DNA of 64,000 nucleotides, from the NCBI GenBank assembly GCA_030704615.1, contig CM060734.1:54808001-54872000 (forward strand). Direction: 5' to 3'. Within the stretch, counting starts at the first letter, position 1. Each line of letters begins with the position of its first letter. Under the pieces are notes generated by a model that saw nothing but the letters and a program-made list of their open reading frames with translations, ran no database searches and had not been told where the DNA came from. Shown here in pieces: positions 10,017 to 22,425 of this stretch. The translations under genes were made by a program, and so were the position numbers. Origin of the DNA: Takakia lepidozioides (taxonomy: Eukaryota; Plantae; Bryophyta).

Positions 10017-11849
10017 TATTTAAGTAAAACAACCAACAAGATAGGCCTTTGGAGAAAAACAGCACAGAACCAGTTCAGGGCATTTTCTGGTATTATTTTC
10101 AATCCTTACACTAGGTCGCCTTAGCTTCAAAGGGCACACTCAATTATCAATGCTGCTGTCACACTCGCCCCAAAAGTCATTACTAGCAGCAAGAATCTGA
10201 GGGCTATCTGACCTTTCTGTATCATGTTCAAACGCTCAAACAATTACTTGGTTAACCATTTTTGCACCTTTTGTGTATCTCTGTCATATGCTCAGCCATA
10301 CACACTCCCTTGTTGTCTGAGTCTTTGTCTTGGATGAGCCCAAGTTTCAAGATACCTGACCATCATTTTTTCCCTTGATATCCTGTCTACTGTGTATTCT
10401 GATCTTTTTTCCGTTTTCCGTTTTTTTTCCCAAGAGGGGCCAGTGGCCCTGATCATTCATTGCAAGTTCAGCTGGTTGTGGTCAGTAGTGTTTCTCACCA
10501 ACTTCACAATCTTTCAAAAAATCGTTCCACAGGCATACAACGTCATAATGAAACATAGAGAAATGCGTTGCAAAGCTAATTTCAAGCAGAAATTTCGGTG
10601 TCATGGAAAGATAATATGAAGTAATAAAAGTATAAGTTTGTCATATAACTCAGGAGACGTCCTGTAGAGAACTATATCCAACACTTATGTTTGCATACAA
10701 CACCTGAAAAAATATGAGAGCTATCCAGCTTCGAAGTTCAGCCAAGGCCACCGTTGTTGCACATGTTGTGTATGTGTGTGTCGCATCATGTATGCGTATG
10801 CCTATGCTTTTGTCTCAACTATCGCCAAGCCTCTAGCTTTCCAAGCCTCCATCCTCCTTCTTGCAATGGCCCACTTTTCCACTACCAACTATGAACTGTC
10901 CTAACTCCCCTGGTAGTGGGCACATACCACCTTGGAAGTGGTTGTGGGTTCAATCCACCCTTAGTGTCACAAATGTGTCCACCTTCCTAGCGGAAGGCAG
11001 TAACTCTTGGGGGTGAAGAGACACCATAATTTACGCTTCCTTCCAGAGGCGTCAAATATTATTATTATCCAAGCATTACAACCTGCTACTCTTGCGCTCC
11101 CTCCATTCCAGATCTTTTGCTCCCTCTCTTGTAGAACCTTCGCCAAACTTGGCTGGCGTATGGACTGCATGTGGGGTCGCCACCCTCGTTCAGACTTCAG
11201 GCAAAGTCCTAGACGCTGGCGCCTTTGGTGCATTTTACTTACAGACTCCATGAATCTCTCTTTCTCACGCAGCAAGCATCTGACCTCAAACCTGGTGGCC
11301 TTCATAAAGGGAGCTAGGTATTGCATGTTTGGCACAAGTCTCAATACATTTATATGGCTTCCAGGGCCAGACCCTGTTCTCTTGAAAAAAATAAAAAATT
11401 ATATGTACATATACAAACCATACATGTATGTTTGGAATAAGTCCCACTCTTGTGTATCTATGGTACAAATATGTATATGTATGGTTCAATCTTGTATGTT
11501 GTGTCATGAATGTATGGGACAATCTTTGCATTGTCAACTAACAACATCTTTAAAATAATCAATTTTGTTTGAACTATATGGTATATTTACTTTACATGAA
11601 TTTATTTAAAAATAAAATAAAAATGGTTATGCATATGAAAGTTCATAATATGACAACCTGTTTATTTTTTTTATTTTTTTTAAACTTGTATCAGGGTTAT
11701 TTGCAGGGATCAACAGTTTTATGGTCTCATATAAAGTTTAGTGGAGACCTTATCTTTGCATTTGCATATATACACACACCCAATTATTATGAGAGATTTC
11801 ACCATAGTCTACCGTAACATAATAGTTCATTCATAAAGAAGTAGATGTA

Positions 11850-14745
11850 CCGTACTTACCTAGCTTATTAATTCAAAATCAGGTGCCTAACTAAATTTAG
11901 AACTTTTTTGGAAAATGTGCCTAAAACTTAGGAAAACCTCCTGAGAACTGCCTAATTGCTCAAAAATTGTGGAAAGCAATTGTGGAAAATACCAAAATGT
12001 CCAAATATGTGGAAAAAAAGCCTAAATTGTATTATTTAAAGTCCAAAAAAAGGCAAAAATGCCTACAATTCAAATTTTTATGTCCACACAACTTCCATAG
12101 GGCCCTGCATTCATGCAACTACATCTTCATAAGCCTCATCCCCTATCTCATATGAATCTTCTAATTCTGAAAGAAGGTTAAGGTTAGGAACATCATCATC
12201 CTCGATATGCAAGTTTGCAAGACATCGGCTCATGCTCTCAATGACATTTCCATCAAGGTAGACATCAAGAACATCCTCCATGGCAAGATCTCCTTCCACT
12301 TGGGTGTCTGGGTTTGAAAACAAAGAAGATGTAAAATTGGCTCTCATTGCCTCACCTTGAAAGGCATCTTCAAAAGCTCGTAAAACTCCACAAAGTCTCC
12401 AACCTGACAAAATCATCTCCCGTTGGCACTTCACCTCCACCCAAGACTCATACAACGAACAAACCACAAGTTCGCGCATAATTGGCAACTATGTCTTCAA
12501 TTGATCTACAGGCACACCAGCCTTTCTCTGTTCTTGAATCTCTCTTGCAGACCAATTCTTGAATCGAGCTGAAAATGCACACTTGAGTGGTCTCTGTAAT
12601 ATAACATCAACAGGCTGCAACTTTGATGTGCAATTTGCAGGAATGTATAAAAGACAAATATGAGGATGATTCTCCTTCATGTATGCCCTGAATCTTCAGA
12701 CCGATGGACGCTCCAACAATCAATTAACCAGATCATTTTCTGGTCACTAGGCAACTGCAACCGGATCCTCTCAAATTGGAAATAAGGTAATATAATATTC
12801 TCCACAAATTCTTTGCAAGTGCTCAGGTTGGACCAATGGTTATGGGAGATAGTCAAATGAAAACCATGTTTTGCAATACGACATGCCTCTGGACTCTTGG
12901 GTAATGATCTCTTTGTCTTACCCTTGAAAACAATCTGAAGAGGCAACATCCCACCATCCGCACAAGAAGAAACGCAAGCAGTTACAGCTCTGTTGTCCTC
13001 CACTCCAATCTGTGCCACATCTTTTTTACCCCGCCTTTCCCATGTTCTCTCCCCTGCCATTGGTACCAAATAAATACCTGTCTGGTCGGTATTCACAATG
13101 AGACTCGGTGGGATGTTATATATCTTGACCAAATAGGCAATCCGATGAGCCATAGTGGTGCCTTGGGCCTCCCAATCCCATGCATTGTTGTTGGTCATCT
13201 GTAACTCCAATTTAGTGAGTCATGCATGAACCTCCTAGTCCAATTCAAGCTGACACAAAATTGCCCCTGCAAGACATGAGGCACCTTCTCCCTGAAATAA
13301 CCCAATATGATAGACTGCACAATGCTTGTATGGAATGATTGACCAGCTGCCCGCATAGAAAATAAGAGATTGACCAAGTCCTGTACAATTACTGGATCCA
13401 AACCTGCTAAGGCCTTTGAATTGGGCCACTTAGAACCCCAAAAATGATTCCTCTCAATCATTGCCCGCACATGTGGCTTCAACTCTCCGCTGCTTGTGAA
13501 CCAATTTGCAAGAGTGCTTCTTGTCAAATTGTCATAAGGACTTGTAGGCTCTCCATGGACCCTGCAGGCACGTCGGAGATGATTGATTGCATCAACAAAA
13601 ATTTTGTGCTGCTTCATTGTAGCTGCAATCTGTGGCCATGTCTCTGAGCTAAACCAATTGGTATATGTTCCTCTTGCTTTGCGCTTCCGACTTGGCCCTG
13701 ATGTAGATCCCTGGGTGGGTTCAACGAGAACTTCAGGTTGAGCTTCTTTTTCAAGTCCAGACCGAGATGACGATGGACAAGCGAATGGTGCCTGCCGAGC
13801 CGATTCTCTAATAATGCGAGGGCGTCCTACTCTTCGCTTCGTACGCAGTCAACCCCTTCCTATCCATTGGGCCTAACTGTTCACCTTGTTTCCGAACCTC
13901 CTTTAGATGCTCGTCTTTGTTGACCTTAGAGAACATGGTTAATAAATTGGATTGCGGCATGGTGCTGGCACCTGCATTGTGCACAACAATTAACAACAAT
14001 CAAAGTCCAAAAATATCAAATTGAAGATGCATTCACAGTTTGAGAGAGGGTCCAATTCATATGTAAAAGCCCTTCACAAATATGTAATCAAAATGCAATC
14101 ATTACTTTTGAAATTTAGTGTGTGGGTCACTGTAATAAGCACTTTGTAGGTCCTTTTGCACTTTCAAATTTGTGGGTAATCATCTCAAGTGCTTTTAGTG
14201 TTCATGCTTAGAGCTGCCACACATGCTTAGAGCAAGAGTTCTAGTCCCTTCTAAACAATCATAGTACCTCTTAGTCTGAGGCGCCCTCCTAGTACGTCCT
14301 GGTTTTATGATATTTGCAGCGTCGAGCTTCCAACTGCGGCTGCTGCCGTAAGTACCTCCGATGCCCTGCCACTTCCCTCGCCTCCAACCTGCCCAAACTA
14401 GGTAAGTACGGTATGCAGAGACACTAACCAAAAAACCAATTGAAAAGGTTTAGGGTTTAGGCAGTTCCAGGCATGTAGGTGCGTACAGCCCTTCACTGCA
14501 GCCATTCTTTGATCACATACCAAACATTATGTGTTTTTTAAATAAAATAACCTCAACAATAGTTTTTGAGGGAGGTCAAAAATTATTGCTCATCATTATC
14601 CAGCCTGGTCGACTGAAGTACATGCCTAATATTTGGGAAATTACCTAGTTGAGATGCCTAAATAATAAAAACGAATCTGCCTAATAATATTCCATTTTTA
14701 TTAATTATTAGGCGCGGAAGTGCCTAATAAGCTAGGTAAGTACGG
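11850..14745 (-). mobile_element. pogo/Tigger-like Tc1-mariner DNA transposon
   Basis: Perfect 21-bp TIRs CCGTACTTACCTAGCTTATTA (11850-11870 and 14725-14745), TA on both flanks, internal DDE_1 transposase remnants, many subterminal GCCTAA motifs. Confidence 0.93.
12111..13999 (-). pseudogene. Disrupted pogo-type (DDE_1) transposase
   Basis: Motifs NTDQTG, LQIVFKGKT, LIDCWSVH and PANCTSKLQPVDV are split over consecutive ORFs by frameshifts and stops. Confidence 0.88.
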
Positions 14746-15496
14746 TATTCCTCTCATTTTACAATAATTGGGACGTTATGGCGCACGCGCGAGCTGACCG
14801 GTGGGCCCCGTGCACGGACGCCCGGCGGGGACCCCCCCCCCCGGCCCGTTGCGCGCGGTCGCCCACCTGCTGCCGCGGCCCCACCAACCGCGCCCGCGCT
14901 CCGCCGCGCCCCCAGTCCGCCCGCCAGTCCGCTGCCCGTGAGTCCAGTTCCCCTCAGTCCGCCAAACCATCAGTCTGCACGCCAGTCCGTTGTGCCAGTA
15001 AAATAACAACCGGTTCAATTTACCGGATATCGGGACGGTTATTCCTATCTCAATACGAGTTTTGGTTACTCGTCCCCACAAGTCCACCCAACAATCCGCT
15101 GTGCCCGTCTGTTGCCCCCCAAGTCTGCCAGTCTGCCCGTCCGCGCCGGCCGAAGGATCTGGATCGTCCATTCTGAGAAACCCATCCACGCCATCCATGC
15201 CAATCCATTGTGCGAGTCCCGACCAGTCCACCCAACAGTCTGCCCGCCAGTCCGCCGCCCATGAGTCCGCTTTCCTCCAGTCCACTGATGATGTCGCATC
15301 TGGACCGTCCATTCGCAAACGCCATCTGAGCCCTCCATTTTTAGGGCATGAATTGAAACCTTATCCCTGCCGCCTGCCACTTGCCAGCAACCGCGAACGT
15401 GCGCACTGATGCTCCTTGCACGTTGTCCATCGTGTCCAGTGTACTGCGGCGCGTTTCTTGCAGGTTCTGAAGCGTGTCCTCTGTACTGTACAGGGC

Positions 15497-18400
15497 ATGG
15501 ACGTGGAAGCAGAAGGTGATGATATACTAAAAACGGGAAGCTGGATTATATCGCCTCTTCGACAAAGTTTGCAAACACCCAAACCAGGACCCTTCAACAC
15601 GAAGGACCTCCAATGGAAGAGAGACACGCAATATGGTTATATGGGTGCCAGACATAATGTTCTGAAGGCCTGCATACCGTGGGATAGAGTTGATGACTTT
15701 CTCCTTGGAGATGAGAGTTTGGTGGATTACCCCACTCAGTTTTGGGTGAATGTCCATACTAAAGTGCAACCCGGCATGCTAAAAGAGCCGAGAGCTTAGT
15801 TCTCTGAACAGTATCATGTGTGCTCCATCCTCATCGTCCTTTTGTAGTCTGATTGCATGTCTGTTGCCATTTTTTGTACCCACGTTCTGTGATTTCATGC
15901 TTCTAGAAGTCGCTAGATATCCATTGTGATTTTTATGTCCAGGTATCAATGCTGCTACGGTCCAGATGACAAGCGCACCAACAATGCGATAGTGGAGGAT
16001 CCCAAACTGAAACGTGGAGGACCTCTTGTGGGTGCTGGAACATCTCACCCTCATAAAGGCCCAACGAGAAAGAAGTCGGAATATGGAGAGTCTTACAAAC
16101 ATGGTTGCCAGTGTTGTTTCAAGGTCCAGCAATGCTATCTCGCCCCCGACATTTATGTCCTCACGTACTACAACAATATGGAGCATACAGACACGAAAGG
16201 GAACGCCTGTCATGGGAAGTCCGTTGAGTTCAGGAACACTCGCCACGCCTATGCACCACACATTAGCGAGGAATTGAAAGCATGGGTCATGGAGTGTCTG
16301 TGTCGAGGCTTGTCAGTCGCCCAAATCATGATGGAACATAAAGAGCACGTCATGAACAACACCGGGTTGGGGGATGCATGGACACGGGACGATTTTTTGC
16401 TGGAGCAAGATGTACGCAACCTGGCCGAGAAACGGGCGTGGCAAACGTTCAAAAAACATGCCAACGATGCGGAGAGTGTCCGCATGTGGAAAGACCAGAA
16501 CCCGAAATCGGTCTTCTTCTATCAAGAGGAGAAATTGGCGCCAACATTCAAGCACTACGATGGCGACTTAACATTCACAATCGGCATACAGACTAAGTGG
16601 CAGAAGAGCGAATGCTTCAATTACACCATGCCCGTATCGTTGCATGCGATGCAACCTTCGGGACAAATTACCACAAGGTACTCTTCATCCCTTTCACAAT
16701 TTATCCACTTGCAGAAGTAGTGGATGTACGCACACTGGCGGCATCTCACATTCTGCATTTGAACTGTTCCCATTGTACACGTTGATGGTCTTCGACGAGT
16801 GGCTTAACGGTATACCAGTTGCGTACATCATATGCGCGCGTGAGCGGACAACAGACCTGGTGCCGTGGATGGCAGCCTTGCGGGACTCTCTCCTCGTAGA
16901 AATGCCGGACTGGCGACCCAATGCCTTCATTGTGGACGATGCCGACGTCGAAATAAACGCCATTACATAAGTTTCACGTACCCTCATGTACACTCATGTG
17001 CAAGTCCGTTGTCTACGTCCATTGTCTGTCTCTTCGGCAAGTCCCCTGCCATACAACGCAGTCCTGGCTGCAAGTCCGGCCCATTCATTTCTGAAAGTCT
17101 GCTGGCAAACCAGTCCGCTGATAATGTCCTCTAGCGAAGTCCGCTGGAAGACTCACTTGCGCAAGTATGTTGCAAGGTCAGTTTGCTCGGGTGTGCTGCC
17201 AGCAAAGTCTGGGTAAGTCTGTTGCTGGTCTCCTAAGGGCAAGTCCGCCGAAGGGGACTGTTCGCAAGTAGTCCGCTGCAAGACTCACGTGCGCCAGTCT
17301 GCTGCGACCTCAGTCTGGTCTAGCAAGTCCGCTCGCAGGCAGGTCCGCCGGAGGGGACTGTTCGCAAGCAGTCCGCTGCAAGACTCACGTGCGCCAGTCT
17401 GCTGCGACCTCAGTCTGGTCCAGCAAGTCCACTCGCAGGCGAGTCCGCTAGAGGGGGCTGTTCGCAAGCAGTCCGTTGCAAGACTCACGTGCGCAAGTCT
17501 GCTGCGACCTAAGTCTGGTTGAGCAAGTCCGTTTGCAGGCGAGTCCGCCGGAGGGGACTGTTCGCAAGCAATCCGCTGCAAGACTCACGTGCGCCAGTCT
17601 GCTGTGACCTCAGTCTGGTCCAGCAAGTCCGCTCGCAGGCGAGTCCGCCGGAGGGGACTGTTCACAAGCAGTCCGCTCGGGATGCCCTCTGGCCAAGTCC
17701 GTTGCAAGACTCACTTACATAAGTCCGCTGCGAGGTCAGCGTGGTCAAGTCTACTGGCGGTGTCGTGAGGGCAACACTCATGGCAGGTCAGAGTGGGCGA
17801 GTCTGCTGCCTGAATCCGTTTGGAACAAATGGACAGACCAGTCAACTAAACAGTCTACTGGGTTAGTGCCCAAGTCCACCGGCGAAGTCCACTTTGAAGT
17901 CTCTCATGTGGGCATGTGTACTTTGCAGGACTGTTTTTCGAGGAGTGCTCATTTTCCTGTGCCTTTGGCATGTCCGGCGGGCTTGGGTGAAGCAATCATG
18001 CGCGAAAACCAAAGATCATATTACAGCCGCAAACTTGTTGAAAGATATGGGAGACCTCATGTACTGTAGAGGTGGACCAATCAATCCCAAATAAGGTCTT
18101 GCATGGGTAGCAACAACGCTCCGACGCATGAGAAAGAAATATCCGAATGGGCATGAATTTCTGGACTACATCGATAAGGAATGGCATCCTAAAATAGCAA
18201 TGTGTTGTACAGCAGCTCGCCATGTTCCGCATGCCAGTCAAGACACCAATGCTAGCATGAGGCATACCATGGAAACTTGAAGGCAAGACTAAGGATGGAG
18301 AAAGACAAAATGACTGGGCATAGAGTGGATTGGCTCATATGGGAACTCACAGGCCGTGTGCTAACACACTACTGGTATGCAATTCACCTGAAGATGCATG

Positions 18401-19075
18401 GATTCATAAGGAATGACAAACAGAAGAAGTACATGTCCAGTTTTATGCTTGCAGCACGCGATATCCCAGCTTGCAATGTCACTCTTCCGTTCCATCCTGG
18501 GCAACCAGCCTATGTTCTAAGCACCAATCACCCAAACACAATTTACATTGTTTACAATCCCGGATGCGAATGGGCTTCTTGCACTTGCCCATGGGAAATG
18601 AAGGGCAATTTGTGCAAGCATCAAGTCCTGAAGTTGCTCCATCCACACTTGCAGAATGGACTCATAGTGCGCGCTTGTGGCACGGCGCTGGGAACCATTC
18701 ATGGAGGATTGCATAATGTGTTTAGGGTTCATGCAAGTGTCGGCGACGAAGACGGTTTGGGAAATGCAACAGATGGCCTTTCCAAAGATGACTTCCCCTA
18801 TGATGTGGAGTCTGTCCTCGTTCCATCCTCCATGGATGAAGAATTTGCAGACATACTTCGCATTGTTGGGGACGACAAATACCTGCAGAAACATGTGTTG
18901 TCTTCTCTTCGTATCTGTAGGGGGCAGCTTGTTGATATTCTCGCAAGAGTGCTGCAAGAATGTTGCACCTTGTGGCAGCAAAGAGCTTCCGTCCTGTAAA
19001 TGACAACAACAATATGTCGCTAAAAAAAAAACGGGATTTTGTTGAGGCATGGAAAACGCGACCCAGGGCTGGCGG
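15497..19075 (+). pseudogene. Intron-containing MULE transposase with SWIM zinc finger, disrupted
   Basis: Motifs IPWDRVDDFL, GCQCCF...HTDTKGNACHG, DATFGTN, GIPVAY, FIVDDAD, CLWHVRRAW, TNAS.EAYH, RVDWL and CTCP...GNLCKH. In-frame TAG at 15797, frameshifts and a mutated donor near 16968. Confidence 0.88.
17140..17730. repeat. ~100-bp tandem repeat (4-6 copies) inside a transposase intron
   Basis: CAAGACTCACGTGCGC recurs near 17279, 17379, 17479 and 17579, with degenerate copies on both sides. Confidence 0.9.
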
Positions 19076-19899
19076 GGCTCTACAGCCACCATCGTGCATA
19101 TGCTTCCACTATTTTCTCCTTCGTTTTGTGCTGACGTGCTTATTTTTTAGGATGATATGTGGAAAAATTGCATGCGTTTACGGTTTGTGGTGTGTGTCCG
19201 AGTCCGAGCTCCTTCGTATGGAGCAGGAAACCATTGGTAACACGATAGCGGAAATCGCGGAAGCATATGCACGTGGGGGCATGTATACATTGCAGAATTT
19301 ATGTCCACCGATGAGACTGTTCAGGGAAGGACGTCTCTGCCACCACATGTCTGGGAATTGCGGAGAGTGTGAACGGAATAGGATCCAGGCCGAAGGTCCT
19401 CAAACATCCAGATGCACCTCCTCAAACATCACATCTCAACCACTACCGTCTCCTTGAAAACTGAACAATGGGAAAGGAGACATAGCCTGAGAGATGTGGA
19501 TTCACGTTGCTTGTGGATGTTCGAGGTCTTACGACTGCAAATGCACGTGGATCAACAGGCTCTTTGACTGCGTCTTTGTCAGTACTTTCTCTAAGCAGTG
19601 TGTTGTGCAATGAGTATGGGCATATGCAAGTCTGTTGGACGGATGAAATGCAACCACGGCATGACGGCGACGCCAAACGTGGTTCTGATGGGATATCAGT
19701 CTGGTCTGCTGGACTGTTGGTCTGTAAGGATACAAGTCTGGTGTGGCGCGAGTCTGTTCTTCACTGGACTACTGGGCTGTCACTGCCTGCCAAATTCCGA
19801 AATGTCTTCTCTCGTCTTATCCCCGAAGTCTCTTCTCTCGTCAGTCTGTTGAACCGTCGGACAGCTGGAAGTCCGTCTGTTCGGATATGAGTCCGTTTA

Positions 19900-20770
19900 A
19901 CTACTACCTTTTAATTATCCGCATTGCCGTGAGTCTGCTGAGCCGTCGGTCTGCTGGTCTGTCCGTCTCTTCTGATATCAGTCAGCTAGACTATCACAAA
20001 GTCAATCTACTGTGGCGCAAGTCTGTTTGCGCTGGGTCTGTTGAGCCGTCATTATTATCACGTGTAAGTTTGCTGGACCTATTAATGCAACGACGGTGGG
20101 AAGGGGCGCCAGTGATCTCGCGCCGCATCCGAACTCGGACAGAAAGTGCGGTTTACGGTTTACTCCCGTATCACCCGGCCGCCTAGGGGATACTTTGTCT
20201 TTTGGGATATTAGACTGTTAGAAATCAGTCTGTTGTCGCGCAAATTACTCTTTGTCAGTCTCTTCGTCAGTCTATTGAACCTTCCGTCTGTTGGACTGTC
20301 CGTGCAGTGGCATACGAGTCTGTTGTTGCGCAAGTTTGTTTGCAGTGGGTCTGTTCGGCCGTTATGTCATTAGGTTTAAGTCTGCTGGACGCAATAAATG
20401 CAGCGACGGCGGTAAGGAGGCCCAGTCACGTCGCGGCACGTCATCAGACTCCGCACCAGACTCCGCATTCACCTTAGTCTCTTCGTCAGTCCGCTTAACC
20501 TCAGTTATCAGTCTGTCCTTGCGGTGGCATATGAGTCTGTTGTCAAGGGTACTGGGTCTGCTCGGCTGTCTTTGTCATCAGGAGTAAGTCTGCTGGACTT
20601 AATGAATGCAACGACAACAGACTGACGATAGTCCCACTCATCCCGTCTGTTGGACTGTCCGTGCAGTGGCATACCGCTAGCACGTGTGAGGGGTCTGCAA
20701 CTATTTAATGCGATGGCGGCCAAAAAGGGGCGCCAGTGAAATCTCGCCACGTCACTCCGCGCATGCAGGG
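19900..20770. repeat. Degenerate ~310-bp tandem repeats
   Basis: The block AAGTYTGCTGGAC...AATGCARCGACGG...GCCAGT recurs near 20065, 20378 and 20690. Confidence 0.6.
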
Positions 20771-22169
20771 TTATACCTGTTCTCCACTTCCCGCTGGACT
20801 TCTTTCGCACTGTTTCGTTTAGGGCCCGTCCACCTCCCATTTGTGCGAGCCCGCTTTCCTTTGTGCGTGTTAGCTTTTCGAGGCACGGACAGTCACGTGA
20901 GCACCGAATCGTCGCAACAACCGTCGCCTGTTGCCCAGTGAGCTTTCCTCTTTGTGCTTTGTGCTTTGGTTTCTTTCCATTCTCTGCTTTCTTATTCTTA
21001 GTCTGTTTGTCGCTCATTGCCGCTGCATCTCATGTCTGATTCTGCAGCCATGGAGGATGCTTGTGCAAAGGGTGGAGCAGACTAGTTGCATTTCATGCAC
21101 AAGTCCAGGCTAAAGGAGCGAAGGTATTGGTACTCACCTAAGGAGTATGATGCGAAAATAGTCGAAGCATTCTTAGACCTCTGCGCAATCAAGCCTACAG
21201 ACTTCAACTGGCAGAAGGATAAGCTCCACTGTCCCTTCTGTAGTGAAATTATCAGGACAAAGTGCAGCTAAACCGCCATTGTGTTGACACGGGTTGCAAA
21301 AACAAGTGCTATATCCCACCTGGCTTCGAGCCGTGGCCAGTTCAAAGTTAAATGAGGGTGGTGAATGCGGCCACCGCCACACTCTGTGGCGCAAACCCAA
21401 AGGCCCGCACTTTGGCGGAGATGCGCGCACGGTATGGGGTAGGTTTGGATGTTTCAATGCAAGATGTGCATGACCTGACATCGCCATTGCCTGTGGCTCC
21501 CAGAAAAAACAAACTTAGTGATGGGGCCCAGAAGAAGGAAAAAGAAAAGGCTGCAAGGTCTGCTCGGGAGGCGAGGGCAAAATCTCAACAGCAGACTCGT
21601 CTCCAAGGCAGTCGGGAAGTGTCACGGGCTGTGCCAGGGAGACGGTCTACGCAGAGACGCAGACCATCAGTACTTCGAGTGAGAGCTAGTCTGCTGAGCC
21701 GTCTGCAGACATCATTCGGAATGATGAATTTGCAGGTCTGGGAGGTGTCTCATCTCCCGTCGACATTGTCTTGCCTGACCAGTCGAGGGTTCACATGGAG
21801 GAAGTCTAGTCGAAAGAGACTACCAGTGGAGTCTGTCTTGGCACATTGCGCCTCATACCATTTGGGCTTCTCCCATCGGTGTGCCCGACAGTGGACGATC
21901 CAGACTTCTTCCATTTTTTCTACCGCCCAGTCCGACAGCTCAGCAGAACCATCCAAGCAGCGGAGGAAATTTGGTTGAGCTCCCTTGAAGATGAGGAGGA
22001 CGTCTGTGTCGATGAGGAGGAGGAGGTAATGCCCAGTCTGTCCCCATAGTTGGTAGTCTGTTGCGTCAGTCTGTTGCGTCCCCTCCTGCAGTCCACTGTG
22101 CGCATGTGTCTGTTGTCATAGAGTCTGCTGGTTCAGTCTACTATACATGCGCAGGTATCTCTTGTCGTT

Positions 22170-22425
22170 GAGTCTGCTGGAGTCCGCTGGTTCCTTTGTT
22201 CTGTGCCACGATGCTTGTGAGTCTGTGAGTCCGCTGGAGTCCGCTGGTTCCTTTGTTCTGTGCCACGATGCTCGTGAGTCTACCTGCTCGGTCTGCTGCG
22301 TCAGTATGCTTGTGGACTTGCTGGTCAGTCCCATGTTTGTGGACTTGCTGGTCAATCCCCTGTTTGTGGACTTGCTCGTCAGTCCCTGGAGTCCGCTGGT
22401 TCCTTTGTTCTGTGCCACGATGCTG
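22170..22425. repeat. Short tandem repeats (57-bp and 27-bp units)
   Basis: GAGTCCGCTGGTTCCTTTGTTCTGTGCCACGATGCT occurs three times and TTGTGGACTTGCT(G/C)GTCA three times. Confidence 0.85.

Noticed and set aside
14776-15409. Overlapping ORFs in the GC-rich element end
   Set aside because: Low-complexity GC-rich repeats give stop-free frames on both strands.
17140-17730. Regularly spaced repeats resembling a CRISPR array
   Set aside because: The whole unit is repeated with no unique spacers, there are no cas genes, and it lies in a eukaryotic intron.
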